Shown one piece after another: positions 35,382-60,400 of a stretch of DNA of 64,000 nucleotides (positions are counted from its first letter, which is position 1; each line of letters begins with the position of its first letter). This DNA is from Paraspadella gotoi (lineage: Eukaryota; Animalia; Chaetognatha): assembly GCA_051294375.1 (NCBI GenBank), contig CM119269.1, forward strand, positions 18,588,471 to 18,652,470, in the 5' to 3' direction. The notes under the pieces are model-generated. The model searched no databases. It was not told the DNA's origin and saw only the letters and a list, made by a program, of their open reading frames with translations. Both the position numbers and the translations under genes were made by a program.

Positions 35382-35498
35382 ACTCCGTGGTTATTGATAA
35401 CGAGAAGTGAGATCTGTAACAGAAAGAAGAGGAACGGTATTGAATTTCTGCAGCGTAGCCTTAGGACGCGGCTTCTGACCCAGTTATCTTTTTGCTTG

Positions 35499-35598
<100 letters not shown>

Positions 35599-36825
35599 GA
35601 AATTAATGAGATTTCAAACGAAACTAAAGTCACATACAATTTCTCTCTCTCCATCTCTCTCTCTCTCTTCTTTTATTTTTTTTTTTTTTTTTTTTTTCTC
35701 TCTCTCTCTCTCGAAACGAAATTAGTGAGATTCCAAACGAAACTAAAGTCACATACAATTTCTCTCTCGGAATACGGGTTTTACCTAAATGACCGCGAAA
35801 AATATTGAACCAATAAAAACAATCGTTGTTGTAAACAAACGTCGCAAATATTTCAAACTCTTTCTATTAATATATTATATTTTATATTATATATTATATT
35901 GTTTTATATTTTAGACATTTTAATATTTTTAAAGTTATTAATTATTAACATTGGCTTGGAATATAAGTACTTGGCTCAAGTTAGTTGTACAAAATTTCAT
36001 AGATTAATAGCAATTTTTAATGTTAGCCGCAATTCCTCCCGATCAATATTTTTCGGGATTATTTTGCATGGTTGTGTAATTTCCTTTCAATTTCATTGCG
36101 TTTTTATATTAAATATATACATTTCAAAGACGTAAGTAAATTCAAAATTTGTAACTTATTTATTTTCCTCTTAGTTTTTTTGTTTGTTTTTTTTTAAAAA
36201 GTAGCGCATACTTCCCTCTGGGCCGCTGCTTTCAAGTTAAGAGTAAAATCGCGGGACCTCTTGCTCTCCGAGGTTGAGTCGATAATGAGACGATAATGAT
36301 TTTTCGTTTCAGCCGAATCTTGAATTCGACCAAATATTTTTAGATTTATAGATTAGACTTTTGATTTGGCGACGGCCGAGACGAAATGAGACCGTTTTTT
36401 CTAGTGCCTATGTTCTTCGTAAGAAAATGTTTATAATAAAAAAATAAATAAAAAAACAGGTTTAATTACTTCAGTTGCCGAATCTCGAACGTGTTTTTAG
36501 TTTGCAGATATTTTTTTTTTCATAAAAAATAACTCATTGGCGTCGGCTTCAAAACGATTAGAATAAAGATTATTTATTGTATTAAACAAATTAAATGAGA
36601 AATGAGTATAACAAATTAATATTCATAATTAAATGAATGAAATGAAATTAATTTATATGAATGAATGAAAGAATGAAACGAGCGGAAAAAGAATGTAAGA
36701 GAAATAATTACGTTTTGGCAGCAAGATTTAAAGCTGCCTCACTGCTTTCCTTTCTCCAATCCCCCCGTTGCCATAACGTATCATTTCTGAAAATTACCCT
36801 CATCGTCAAACCTTTACGGCTTCAG

Positions 36826-39092
36826 GTCGATCCCCGTCGCGCGACGAAGCTTTTGGAAGACGCGGAAGAAAAAGCGCCTAACGCGTTTTACGTTTTGCGC
36901 CAAAACGAAGCATCGAGTCGTCGCCGCCAAGTATGAAATGCTGTGCCTTGTGTGAGATGACTACATGACTACAATAACTTTCTTTGCCCATGTATTTCTG
37001 ACACACACTGCATAGGAAATCTTTATTTCTTTCTTTTGTTCTTTATAGTATTAGGATTTCCTGAAGGCGGGGCTAGCAGTCCCTTAAATTTGATATTTTT
37101 TCCTGGCTGAACAAATGAGCAAGTAACTATAGGCGAATTAGATGCAATTTTGACGTAAGTGGAACAGACCGACCGACCGACGGAAAAGTGACTTATAGAG
37201 TTGCTCCGCGAATAGTCGCGGCGCAACTAAAAATGTACCCAGTCCCAATATTTATTAAATATCTAGTTGACGAATGGAATGAAATAAAATTTAAAATAAA
37301 AGTAAATTCGTAAGATTCTTTTCCATGCATTTCATATCGTGTCCCGACGGTCCCGAGTATTTCATTTCCGTAAGAGTCTTCTTTTTCTTATTAGCTTTAT
37401 GCCCTTGTATATTTCATTCAATTCATTTTCTGTTTTCTCCATTTTGGTCCTCCCCAGACTTCGAGTCCAGAATCCCGTCGCACGAAACATATTTTTTCCT
37501 TTTTTTTTCCTTTTGTCAAAACTCTGTCGAATGACGAATGTTTTGACTTCGGGTTTCAGATGATAAATGGTTTTAATTCCATCCCTTCCGCCGATGGAAC
37601 CGGGCGGGTATCGTGGCCGGGCCGAGACTTGGCGAGGGGAAACCTACGAGGAAAAGCCCGGCCCAGCTAGGGCGAGCGCGGGTTGATACCAAAAAAAAAA
37701 CATTACCGTGGGGAAAGGAAAGTACATTAGGACAGGGTGGAAGGGCGAGGTGTGCAATGCAGCGTAGAAAGTACAGAAGAAAGACCCAATATTTGTAGCG
37801 AGAAAGAAAAAGAGTAAAGACCGAGAAAGGGTAAGGAAGCTTAAAGGTGATGAACGAACGAAAATAAAGAGCGAATGCAGAAGGGGAAATGGGTTCAAGA
37901 AAGAATAGAGGAGAGTAGAAACGTAGGAAAAAAAAGTAGGTTAGGGGTGGGGAATCGAAAATCCAGGGATTTCCAGGGAGAGAATATCGTTTTGGTTTCC
38001 TCGTCGCAAAAACAAAGTTATTAATCTCCTGGGGAAGGAAAGAGAAACGGGATATACGGTTTTATTTGGTCGTTTTCATCTCTCCTACTCCCCGGTCGAC
38101 TTTCCATCCCTCATACCCTACCTTTTTAACTTTTTTTACCGATTCCTATTTCCCTTTCCTTTTGTTAGTAAGGTTTCCTTTTTTAAAATGCCTTACCTTT
38201 AGTTCTAAAAAAATAATTTTATTTTGCTATTTTTGCTATATATTTCGAGGTCTTTTTTTTTCCATCTCCACTTCAAATTTTTCTTATTCTGTCGTCCTCT
38301 TACCATTTTTTTGGCAGTTCAATATTCCCCTCCCAACGTAAACTCCTTTTTGACCCAAATTTTGTCGTTTCGTGCGACTCGTATTTATGTCTTCGTCGGA
38401 ACAAAAACATTTACAACCGGGAACATCGAGTTTTACATTTTCCTAGAGCGGTGCAATATCAGCGAAATAGTTGGTGGCCTCAAGAAAAAAACGCAGTTCG
38501 TAGGAAAATAACACGGTGACTCACCATTGGTGAGTTGGTGACGATTTAGAGAGTTTTTTAAAAATGTTTCTCCGATGTTGACAAAAAAAATATACTACAA
38601 ATGTTTACGTCAAAAGGTTAAAACGGTTAATACAAAATGAAAAAAAAACTTACTATTAAATTGTAACTATTGATGAAGACGTTGGTACGGTAGTCCCCCA
38701 CTATATTGATATTCTCCAATCTCCAATGGAGATTCTCCAAAATATCTTCAACCAAATCTCCAATTTTTTGCTCTTTTCAGTCAATCGCCCTCGGCCTCAA
38801 AGACGTCGCCCCCTCCTCCTCCTTATCTTCCTTCTCCTCCTCCTCATCCTCCTCCCTCCTCTTCTCCTCCCCCTTCGTCTGCACGAGCGACCCCCTCCTC
38901 CCACCTTTCCCCTTCTCAGAGTGGATCGTCCGGGTGTCCCCCCGGAAGTGGAGGATCAAGAGGATGGCCATGAGGGGGTTGGGGATAAACACCCCCACGA
39001 ATTACGATTTGGAAGGCGGGGATGAGGTGGGTGGAATAAGGGGGGAAGAGAAGGAAGGGAAGGAGGAGCGAAAGAAATAATGAAATAAAGAT

Positions 39093-39171
<79 letters not shown>

Positions 39172-39490
39172 AAAAGAACGAAAAATAAAAAAGCAAAAAG
39201 AAAAAAGAAAAACAGAAAGAAAACGGAAACTATTGAATAATTAATAAATTAAACCTAACTAAAGACAAATGACTAATGAACTAACATATGCCGCTTTCCA
39301 CAGGACGAATGGACGCGACTCCTCTCCGTCAGATGATCCCACGTTTGGGAGAACGGCGAACTTCGTTTCCACGACATCGAGACTTCGTCCTTCTTCTCTC
39401 AATTTCGTCTTTCCATCTTCGATCACGAATTCACTGGGACTCAGGACAATCAGGGCGGGAGAGTCGCCGTGCGGGGATTGGCTCTCTTAG
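36826..39490 (+). other. Fragments of an unidentified multi-exon gene
   Basis: CAG/GT-bounded exons 36826-36930 (VDPRRATKLLEDAEEKAPNAFYVLRQNEASSRRRQ, phase 0-0), 38781-39026 (Ser/Pro-rich, 246 nt) and 39304-39490. The last intron is filled with (GAAA)n. Start and frame are not resolved. Confidence 0.35.
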
Positions 39491-39609
39491 CTGACGAGGC
39501 ATGCGAAGATGACTGATACGAAAAACTCATTTGCATGTTGGCGTGCTTATGAAAAATAGTTTTATTTGTAAATCGTGATTTCTTTAGGATTAAAGTTTTA
39601 ACGATTTAA

Positions 39610-48975
<9,366 letters not shown>

Positions 48976-49214
48976 TTCTTCGCTCCTCACCAACTCTGTC
49001 CGCCGCGGCGCGTGGCCTCAAATGGAAACAAAAACAGTTTTCGGTCCAAAAAAAAGAGATTTTAAATCCTGCGATAAAAAAAAAAAAAANNNNNNNNNNN
49101 NNNNNNNNNNNNNNAAAAAGAGACGCTACAAATAAAGAGACAAGATGAGCGCGTAATACTTGTCAAGAATCGACTAAAGAGAAACGCATCAGTCTTCTTT
49201 ATTTCTTCTTTTTA

Positions 49215-50931
<1,717 letters not shown>

Positions 50932-51541
50932 ATGTTATTACAATAATGATGACGACGACGAAAACGATCTCAACAGAGAAACCCGTAGAAACAACAACAG
51001 CAATAACAATGACTAGACATTAGACAACTCTTGACTTTTATTTCGATTCTTGAAGAAGAAGGGAGAATGTAGTTGTCTTTTGTAACGAGGAGAAGCAGTA
51101 GAGTTGTTGTTGTTGTTGTTGATTGACAGGTTAATCGCGATTAATGTCTCTACTCCCGTCGTCATTAATATTCTCGAGCCAAAGGCCGATTCTAGCGTGA
51201 CGTTCGGAGGCTGGAACTCGGAACCTTTCGGGCCGTGGTGGCTGAAAAGAAAAGAAAACTAACGGACACGTCGAGACTGGGAACTATTTTGTTTTTTATC
51301 TTTGTCTTCAGTTTTCTTTTTCTTCCAGTGGATCTTTTTTTTTTTGTGTTATTCTATGATCCTGACTTGATAGTCGTCGTCGTTATCGTCGTCGTCGTCG
51401 TTGTCGTTCTTCAACAAAAAAAAATAAAGAAAAAACGGGTTTGGATTTGACAGATCTTTTTATCGGAGGAGCGATCGGTTTGGGATCTTCAACTACTAAT
51501 TAGACGCGACACCTTCGAACAAGTAGGAGAGTCGGCGCGAG

Positions 51542-51601
<60 letters not shown>

Positions 51602-51774
51602 AGGAAGAGAGAGAGCGCAATTTTTTTTTCACAAAAGAGGAGGGGGTGGAAAGTCGAAGGTGTCTTTACTACATGTAACTCGAAAATCGCTTAATCCAAC
51701 GCTCGAAACATAAATAAAAGCAAGCAATCCAATACCAAATACGCCTCTCTCTCTCTCGCTCTTTCTCTCTCTCT

Positions 51775-51817
<43 letters not shown>

Positions 51818-51929
51818 ACTCTTCTCTCTCTCTTCACTCTCTCTCTCACTCTCTCTTCTCTTCTCTCTCTCCTCTGTCTGCTCTCTCTGCTCTCGTCTCT
51901 CTCTCTCTCCTCTCTCTCCCAGCATCTCT

Positions 51930-52948
51930 ATAATCGAATGACTTTTTTTTTTTTCGGGCGGTGAAATGGAGAAACGTAATTTAGCGTCCACAAAATAATT
52001 TCGGTTTCGGCCGGCGAATGTAAAAGCGTAAAAGAGTTCCGTCGCTTTTATCGACGTAATTTTTACGCTAATTCCGATTTGAAGAAAACTTAGAGGGGAA
52101 GAAAAAAAATTCGGGAGAAACGCGAACGTTCGCGCGTTCCGGGTTTTACAAGCGAACGCCCCGTCTTTTTTTTCTCGCATTACCTCTGATCGATTACGAT
52201 GTGGCGGCGAACTCTGTATTAAAACGACGTGATGTAAATCGTAAATTGAGATTTTTTTCGGTTAGATGCTATATTTCACATGTGATTTCAACGACGATGT
52301 AAAAAAAAAAAGAAAAAAAAAACAAATATCGAGCAAGATCGAGAAAAAATATACTTCAGGTTTGCTTGCGATAATCCATGTGTGTTAGCACAATTCTGGA
52401 CTTTCGCGAAGCACAATGCACAGTAGCACACTTGCCACTGCACACTGCCCAGATTCAGCATGGCTCCCCATTGAGGCGGAACGAAAAAAATCCAGTCTAG
52501 AGGTAGTTCTTGATAGCGATTAATGATAATGATATGTTGATAGCGATTCATTACACAGAAACATATTTTCGGTCAAATTCCATCGATTTCGTTTGCGCTT
52601 GCGCCTAATAATACTGCCTTATCTAACGTTGTGGGCCCATAATGAATCTTAATAATTTTGTTTTATTACTATTATCTATATCGCTGGTTAATCGAGAGGG
52701 CCTGTAAATTTGGTGTGCAATGTCTGAGGCAAACGCGAGACACGATAAGTTATTTGGATTTTTCGCACTGATTTACCGATTGACACTGTTGTGCTCCTTT
52801 TGCACGGCCACCTCGTAAACAAAAACCCGTCAAAAACCGAGTCAATCTTTATGAAAAAGATGAGGCCAGGCAAAGAGAGTTAGGTAGGAGACCGAGAGAG
52901 ACTGGAGAGGAGGAGAGGAGAGGAGAAGAGAGAGGAGATAGAGAGAGA

Positions 52949-52996
<48 letters not shown>

Positions 52997-54010
52997 GAGA
53001 GAGAGATAGCTCCGCTCGCGTCTCTTCCTCCTCTCCTCTCCNNNNNNNNNNNNNNNNNNNNNNNNNGTCACAAAATATTCGGTCGCGCCGAATGTAAAAG
53101 CGTAAAAAGTTCGTCGCTTTTATCGCTAATTTACGCTAATTCGATTTGAAGAAACACTTAGAGGGGAAGAAAAACAAATTGGGAGAAACGCGAAAGTTCG
53201 CGCGTCCGGGTTTACAAGCCGAACGCCCCGTCTTTTTTTTTCTCGCATTACCCTGACATCGATACGATGTGCGGCGAACTCTGTATTAAACGACGGATGT
53301 AAATTCGTAAATTGAAGGATTTTTTTTCGGTTAAGATGCTATGATTTCACATTGAGTTTCAACACGATGTAAAAAAAAAAAAGAAAAAAAAAACAAATAT
53401 CGAGCAAGATCGAGAAAAAATATACTTCAGGTTTGCTTGGATAATCCATGGTGTGTTAGCACAATCTGGACTTTCGCGAAGCACAATGCACAGTGCACAC
53501 TGCCCACTGCACACTGCCCAGTTCACATGGCTCACCCATTGAGGCGGAACGAAGGGAAAAAATAGCCAGTCTAGAGGTAGTTCTTGATAGCGATTATGAT
53601 AATGATTGTGATAGCGATTCATACACAGAAACATATTTCGGTCAAATTCATCGATTTCGTTGCGCTGCGCCTAATAATCTGCCTTATCTAACCTGTGGGC
53701 CCATAATAATCTTAATAATGATTTTATTACTAATTATCTATATCGCTGGTTAATCGAGTAAGGCCTGTAAAAAGTGTGCAACTGCTGAGCAACACGCGAA
53801 CGAGATAATTTTTGATTTTTCGCACCTGATTTGTCCGATTACACCTGTTGCTCCTTTGCACGGCACCTCGTAACAAAAAACCCGTCAAACCGTCAACTTT
53901 GAAAAAAAAGATAGAGGCCAGGCAAGAGAGAGTTGGAGAGGAAATAAGGAGACTCGAGATGAGACTGGGGAGAGGAGGAGAGGAGAGAGAGAGAGGAGAG
54001 AGGAGAGAGA

Positions 54011-54064
<54 letters not shown>

Positions 54065-54279
54065 GAGAGAGAGATAGACTCGCTCGCGTCTCTTCCTCCT
54101 CCTCCTCCACAACATCTCCACTCAGAATCGTTTTCTCTCCCTCTCATTCTCAGTTTCTCTTATAACAACGACGCGAACGTCTCTCTCTCCCTCTCTCTCT
54201 CGTTCTATTTCTTTTTTTTNNNNNNNNNNNNNNNNNNNNNNNNNTAAACTCGTGTGAGATTTATCGTGTCAGCGAGAAT

Positions 54280-54328
<49 letters not shown>

Positions 54329-54329
54329 A

Positions 54330-54373
<44 letters not shown>

Positions 54374-54627
54374 TCTCCCGCAAAAGCGAAAGATCCGAAC
54401 TCGAGAAAGCGTCGAGGAAATGGGGGGAGAAAGGGTCGAGAGAAAAAGGAGAGAGAGCTCAAGAAAAAAAAAGAAATAGAAACGACAGAGAGAGGGAGAA
54501 GGAAGACGTTCGCGTCGTTGTTATACAGAGAAACTGAGAATGAGAGGGAGAGAAAACGATTTCGAGTGAGATGTTGTGGAGGAGGTAGAGAGAGGAGGAG
54601 GAAGAGACGCGAGCGATCTATCTCTCT

Positions 54628-54669
<42 letters not shown>

Positions 54670-55810
54670 CTCCTTCTCTCTCTCTCTCTCTTCTCCTCTC
54701 TCCTTCTCTCTCTCTCCTCTCCTCCTCTCCCCAGTCTCATCTCGAGTCTCCTTATTTCCTCTCCAACTCTCTCTTGCCTGGCCTCTATCTTTTTTTTCAT
54801 AAAGATCTGATCGGTTTGACGGGTTTTTGTTACGAGGTGGCCGTGCAAGAGTACAACAGTGTAATCGGATCAAATCAGTGCGAAAAATCAAAAACTTATC
54901 TCGTTGCATCGCCGTTTGCTCAGAACCATTGCAGCACGCAAGCAAACTTTACAGGCCCTCTCGAATTAACCAGCGATATAGATAAAGTAATAAACAAAAT
55001 TATTAAGATTCATTATGCGGCCCACACCGTTAGATAAAGGCAGACTTATTAGGCGCAAGCGCAAACGAAATCGCATGGAATTTGACCGCGAAATAATGTT
55101 CTGTGTATGATTCGCTATCAACAATCATTATCATAATCCGCTATCAAGAACTCCCTCTAGACGGCATTTTTCCTTCGTTCCGCCCAATGGGGAGCCATGC
55201 TGAATCTGGGCAGTGTGGCAGTGGCAGTGTGCTAACTGTGCATTGTGCTTCGCGAAAGTCCAGATTGTGCTAACAACAACATGGATTATCCAAGCCAAAC
55301 CTGAAGTATATTTTTTCTCGATCTTTGCTCGATAATTTGTTTTTTTTTTTCTTTTTTTTTTTTTACATCGTCGTTGACTCCATTGTGAAATCATAGCATC
55401 TGAACCGAAAAAAATCCTGCAATTTACGATTTACATCACGTCGTTTTAATACAGAGTTCGCCGCCAACATCGTATCGATCAAGGTAATCGCGAGAAAAAA
55501 AAGACGGGCGTTCGGCATTGTAAAAACCCGGAACGCGCGAACGTTCGCGTTTCCTCCCGAATTTGTTTTTCCTTCCCCCCTCTAAGTTTTCTTCAAACGA
55601 ATTAGCGTAAATTACGTCGATAAAAGCCGACGGAACTCTTTTAACGCCTTTTTACAATCCCGGCCGAAACCGAATATCTTTTTGTGACGCTAATTTACGT
55701 TTCTTCCCATTTCACCCGCCCGAAAAAAAAAAAAGTCATCGATAAGAGATTTGCTGGGGGGGAGAGAGAGAGACGAGAGCAGAGAACAGACGAGAGACAG
55801 AAGAGAAGAA
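51930..55810. repeat. Triplicated ~1.1-kb segment: two direct copies and one inverted copy around 24-25 N gaps
   Basis: 51990-53041 matches 53067-54110, and 54480-55700 is their reverse complement. Gaps are at 53042-53066 and 54220-54243. Differences are indel-type. Confidence 0.9.
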
Positions 55811-57168
55811 AAAAAAAAAAAATAACGAAATGAAAAATATTACTTAAAAAAAAATTAATGAAATTGTTTTAAGAAGAAAAAGAGAAAATAGTTTTTATAT
55901 TCTTCGACGCCAATGGAAGAAAGCTAAAAGAAAATAAAAAACGAAAATATTTTTGTTTCGTCTTTTTTCATTTTTTACTTTCTTTTAGTTTCTCTTTGTT
56001 TCTTTTTGTTTCTTTGCGTTGATACGGACGTCCTGTTGATCTTTGGTCGCTTTTATATTTTTCTTTCATCTCTTCTATAATATCAATGTTTTCTTTTTGA
56101 GAGAGTAATTGAACTTAAATTTATTTTATTCTGAGAAATTGAGTGTATATGTAAGTCAAATAAATTTGTAATAATAAATCAAGACATATGTTCGTAATCT
56201 AACTCAAATGCAGAATTCCATTCTGTTTTTTCTTGTTATATTACCTTGAACAAAATTAACCTAATTAAACTCTATAATAACTTGGCGTTTCCTGTTTTGC
56301 AAAATTTTACTAACGGACATATGAACATAAATTGAGTAAACTTGATTGGCAGTTACAACTTGAGAACAAAATAAAACTCCGCTAAAATTCTTTTTAAAAA
56401 AAGCATGTGGATTTCGGAATGCTTCATCTGGAGCGCATTAAATTTTTCTTTTTCTTTCAACGGCACAAAAAGACCTTTTTAATGTTTTTGCCGCATAAAA
56501 ATTACTTCAAAAAAATCTAAGTACTTCTTCATTCGTTCTACGTAAATGATCAAAACTAAAAAGTATTTTCTTTTCGACTTAAAAACAAAATTGGTATATA
56601 TATGGGTAATTTTAATTTATAATTTATAATATTGTCTACATCAATGTATGTCAATCTATTAATAAGGCAATCTATGTGGATCTATGTAGATACTAATCAA
56701 ATATTAACTGAAAGTAACTATCAGTACCAATTACATATAATCAGCTCTAGGTTCTATTATTTCATTTTTTTATTATTTAAAACAAATGTTAAGAAATATA
56801 TATTTCAAGCATAATATTTCATTCAGAAAGGGCAAAGAGCGCTTGGACGAGACAGAAAATTCGTCATTTTGTATTTCAATCTACTAATCCGCAAATATAG
56901 GATTCGGATCGGGCATGTTTTTCTATTCTATTTTCGCGCTCTTCTTTCCTTTTTTCTCGCCTTTACTATCCCTTCTCGGTCTACTTTTACAGCTTTTCTT
57001 CTCTACTTGATCGGCTTTTCTTCTCTATTTTCTCCGCTTTTCTTTTTTTTTTTATCCTTTTCTGGTCCGCAGCTGCATAAACGAAGAATCTAATTCGCCT
57101 CATTTCCTCTTCGTCGTTGTCGTGTTCCACCCTCTACTGAATTCATTCACACGTTCGATCGGGTTGGG

Positions 57169-57225
<57 letters not shown>

Positions 57226-58886
57226 CATATCTAATTACAAAACTACAATGGGTACGATACGTTGGAGAGTTAATCATTTTTATAAATCTTCTCGACTCGA
57301 GCCGTCGTTCAAACTTGTAAACAAATAACAACAAATCAAGAAGGGTCAACGACAATTAATATTTCTTTTTCACTCGCGCTTTTTCCTAAAGAAATAGTTT
57401 TTAAATTTTTTTTCTTCAACCCACCCACTACAAAACCCCGACAGCTGTCCTTCTCAGCCTTCATCGCTCTTAACTCCAAGGATCCTTAATCTTAAAGCTA
57501 GCTCTCTCTCTCTCTCTCTCTCTCTCCGGTGCGGCCGGCCCCGGTATGTGAGTGTCAAACGCTCCAAGGATTGTGGGGGGATCTAACCCGGGATGAAGGT
57601 GTCAAATGCTCGGACGATCAAAGAGGGATTTAACTAGCGCCAAGAGTGACAATTGAAAGGCATTAACCTGAGGGTGACTAAATGATTATCCCATTATGAT
57701 TATGAATTTTAAAAAAAGGCTTTAATTTAACCTAGACTCCGAGATAGCATAGATCTAAGAGTTTTTTGACGTAAGACCGCGATTATAAATCTTACTTATG
57801 GATCCCCCCAAAAAATATAGTTAGGCCAGTGATGACAAGTACAAAAAGTAAAACCGTACAAAAAGTTCTTGTGGAATGATAAACTAAAAAACAGAAAAGG
57901 TCTGAGTAGTAGGGGTTTTGACTAAGAACAAAATTAAAGGACGAAATTATCCAAAGTATTTTAACACGTTCTTAACTGTAAGGGAATTTAACCCGGCCGA
58001 GGGTGTCAAACATTCTAAAGATCAATATAAGAGGGATCTTAATCCCGAGCGAAGGCGTGAAACGTTTTGGGCAGTGATTTTGATTTGGGTATTTTCAACA
58101 ATGGAAATTGAAAGCTTAAATAGACTATTATTTCGTTTTTGTTCCCATCTGGCATAATATTGGAACACTCTTTCCGTTAAAAAAACGGTTTGGCTATAGT
58201 TATCTTCTCCTTATAACATAGACTCACTGCTTTATTCTATGCTTTCAAGAATACGTAAGACATGATTTCTTTTACGACAATCATTCTAATTACAGGTATC
58301 TGACATAAATAAGATGAAAACTAAAACGATTTTTTCATGGTAAGGGGAACTTTTTAAGATTAAATTGTCGTCAGATCTATCGCGTTTTAGTATATACTAT
58401 TGCTTAGGCAACAATAGCCACGGTATATTTAAAACTGTTTTTTTTCCTTTTTTTAAATCACTATTTTTTCTCTTCTCTGAATCTTTCTCTCTGTCCTCTT
58501 TCTTTTCTCTCTTTTCTCTCTGTCTTCTCTCCCTTTCTCATACTTTTCTGTCCTGACTATTTCTCTGTGTCATTCCCTTCTTCTTCCTTAACCTTTATTC
58601 CTTCCTCTCCAATCTCTGTTTTCTCTCCCTTCTCTGTGGGCATTGAGTCATCGTTTCTAACAACTCATTGTTTTATTATCAAATTTGCGTAGCGTTCGGA
58701 TAGACAATTACAAAACATTATCTACATGCATAATTTCTCATAATCCGACAATCCGTTCAAAAAGTAATCGCCAAAAAGCAATCGCAAAAATCAGCTCTCA
58801 ACCGATTAACTTCCTTTAAAATCAAGCTCGTTTTGATCCAAAAAGGATTAGTTACTATGCGTAGTACTAAGCTTTAGAAGCCGGCG

Positions 58887-59485
58887 CACAGTGAGATCCT
58901 GTGCCTGAATTTTCAGAAAAATTCCGTTCAATTAAAAAACTAATTTTATTATTATATATAATATAAATTTTTTTAACAAATTATTTGAATATTAAAATAA
59001 TTAAAAATAATTTTTTATAATTTTAAATAATAAAATAAAATATATTTTATAATAAAATATATATTTATTATCAGATCTATATAATATAATAAAAATAATA
59101 ATAAAATAATAATAAAATAATAAAATAATAATTATAATTAAAAAAAAATAAAATTAAAAAAATAAATATTTATATTTTATTTATTATTATTATTATTATT
59201 ATATTAAAATAAAAAAAATAAATTTTTTTTTGATTTATTATATTTAATATTAATTATTATATTTTATTAAAATTTAAAATTTTATTTAATCTTATATTTT
59301 TTAATTATATCATAATTAAAAAAAAATTTTTAATATATATTATACCTTTCTCAGATGAATAAAAAAAAATATTTTTTAACACTATAATTATATTCTTATA
59401 TAAATATTTTATTATATGTATAATTAATATAAAAAATTTTAAAATTATTTTCTCTAGCATTTCGGGACTCACAAGCAACACTGTG
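58887..59485. mobile_element. Candidate Transib-like non-autonomous element (MITE)
   Basis: Begins CACAGTG (58887) and ends CACTGTG (59485), with imperfect ~35-bp subterminal inverted similarity and an extremely AT-rich interior. Left flank CGGCG, right flank CGAAC, so the TSD is not perfect. Confidence 0.45.
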
Positions 59486-60351
59486 CGAACGTTTTTGTTT
59501 TTAATAGGTTTTATTGGACTTTTTTTAAATTTTGCATTATATTGAGAAAACGCCTTTGATTAAGCACCGCGCTCTACCTGATTTGAATAGTAAAATCAAT
59601 ACAGTTGCTCTGTCAATTTGTGATTCAAAATTAAAAAAAAGGGCGAGGCTTGACTATTGCAAGTTTTCACCTAAAAAACCAGTCATTTTGATTGCTTTAT
59701 CAAGCAATTAAGATTTTGCAAGATTTTAATTTTGCTTTTTTTCATCATGTAGAGAAGACCAATTAAGGTTTTTGGAAATTGTACTAATAGGTATGATTTA
59801 GGTCTTTTTTTACTCAAGAGCCAGGAGGTTTCTTGGAATAGGGAAAAAACGGCCTGACCAGTCCATTTAAATACCATTTTTGGCATGATAAAATGGAAAT
59901 TTCGATCGCGCTCTACCTCCATTGTTCCCAAGACGCCAAGTTTTCGAAATACTGCCCATATTGACAATAATTTGTTTTGGGCCTTGACTATTGAGTTTTG
60001 AATAGAGTGAATATAAGGAATCTTCCGATCGGAACGCTTCGATTCGAACGATGCTCATTTCTCTCCTCTCTGATTCTCTTTCCTCCTGTTTCTTATCTTT
60101 CTTTTCTCCTCAATTGTCTCGTTTCCCCCCCTCTCCCCATTAGTATTATTATTTTCTTTCTACTCTTTCTCCCCTCTCCTTTCAATTTTTTTCACCCATT
60201 CTCTTTCTTCTCTCATCTTTTTCTCATTCTCACTCATTTTTGCATTCATATCATACTGGATGTATAAAAATCTTTAAAATGTAATGTAAGAAAAAAAATC
60301 TAGGGTTAGTGTATGATTTTAGCGGAAGTTTGGTTGCCAAGCAGATTTAAA

Positions 60352-60400
60352 AAATCGACAGATTTTTGCGGAAATTTTTTCCGCAAAAACCTGTCGATTT
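60352..60400. repeat. Near-perfect palindrome, 23-bp arms
   Basis: AAATCGACAGATTTTTGCGGAAA-TTT-TTTCCGCAAAAACCTGTCGATTT, one mismatch. Confidence 0.85.
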
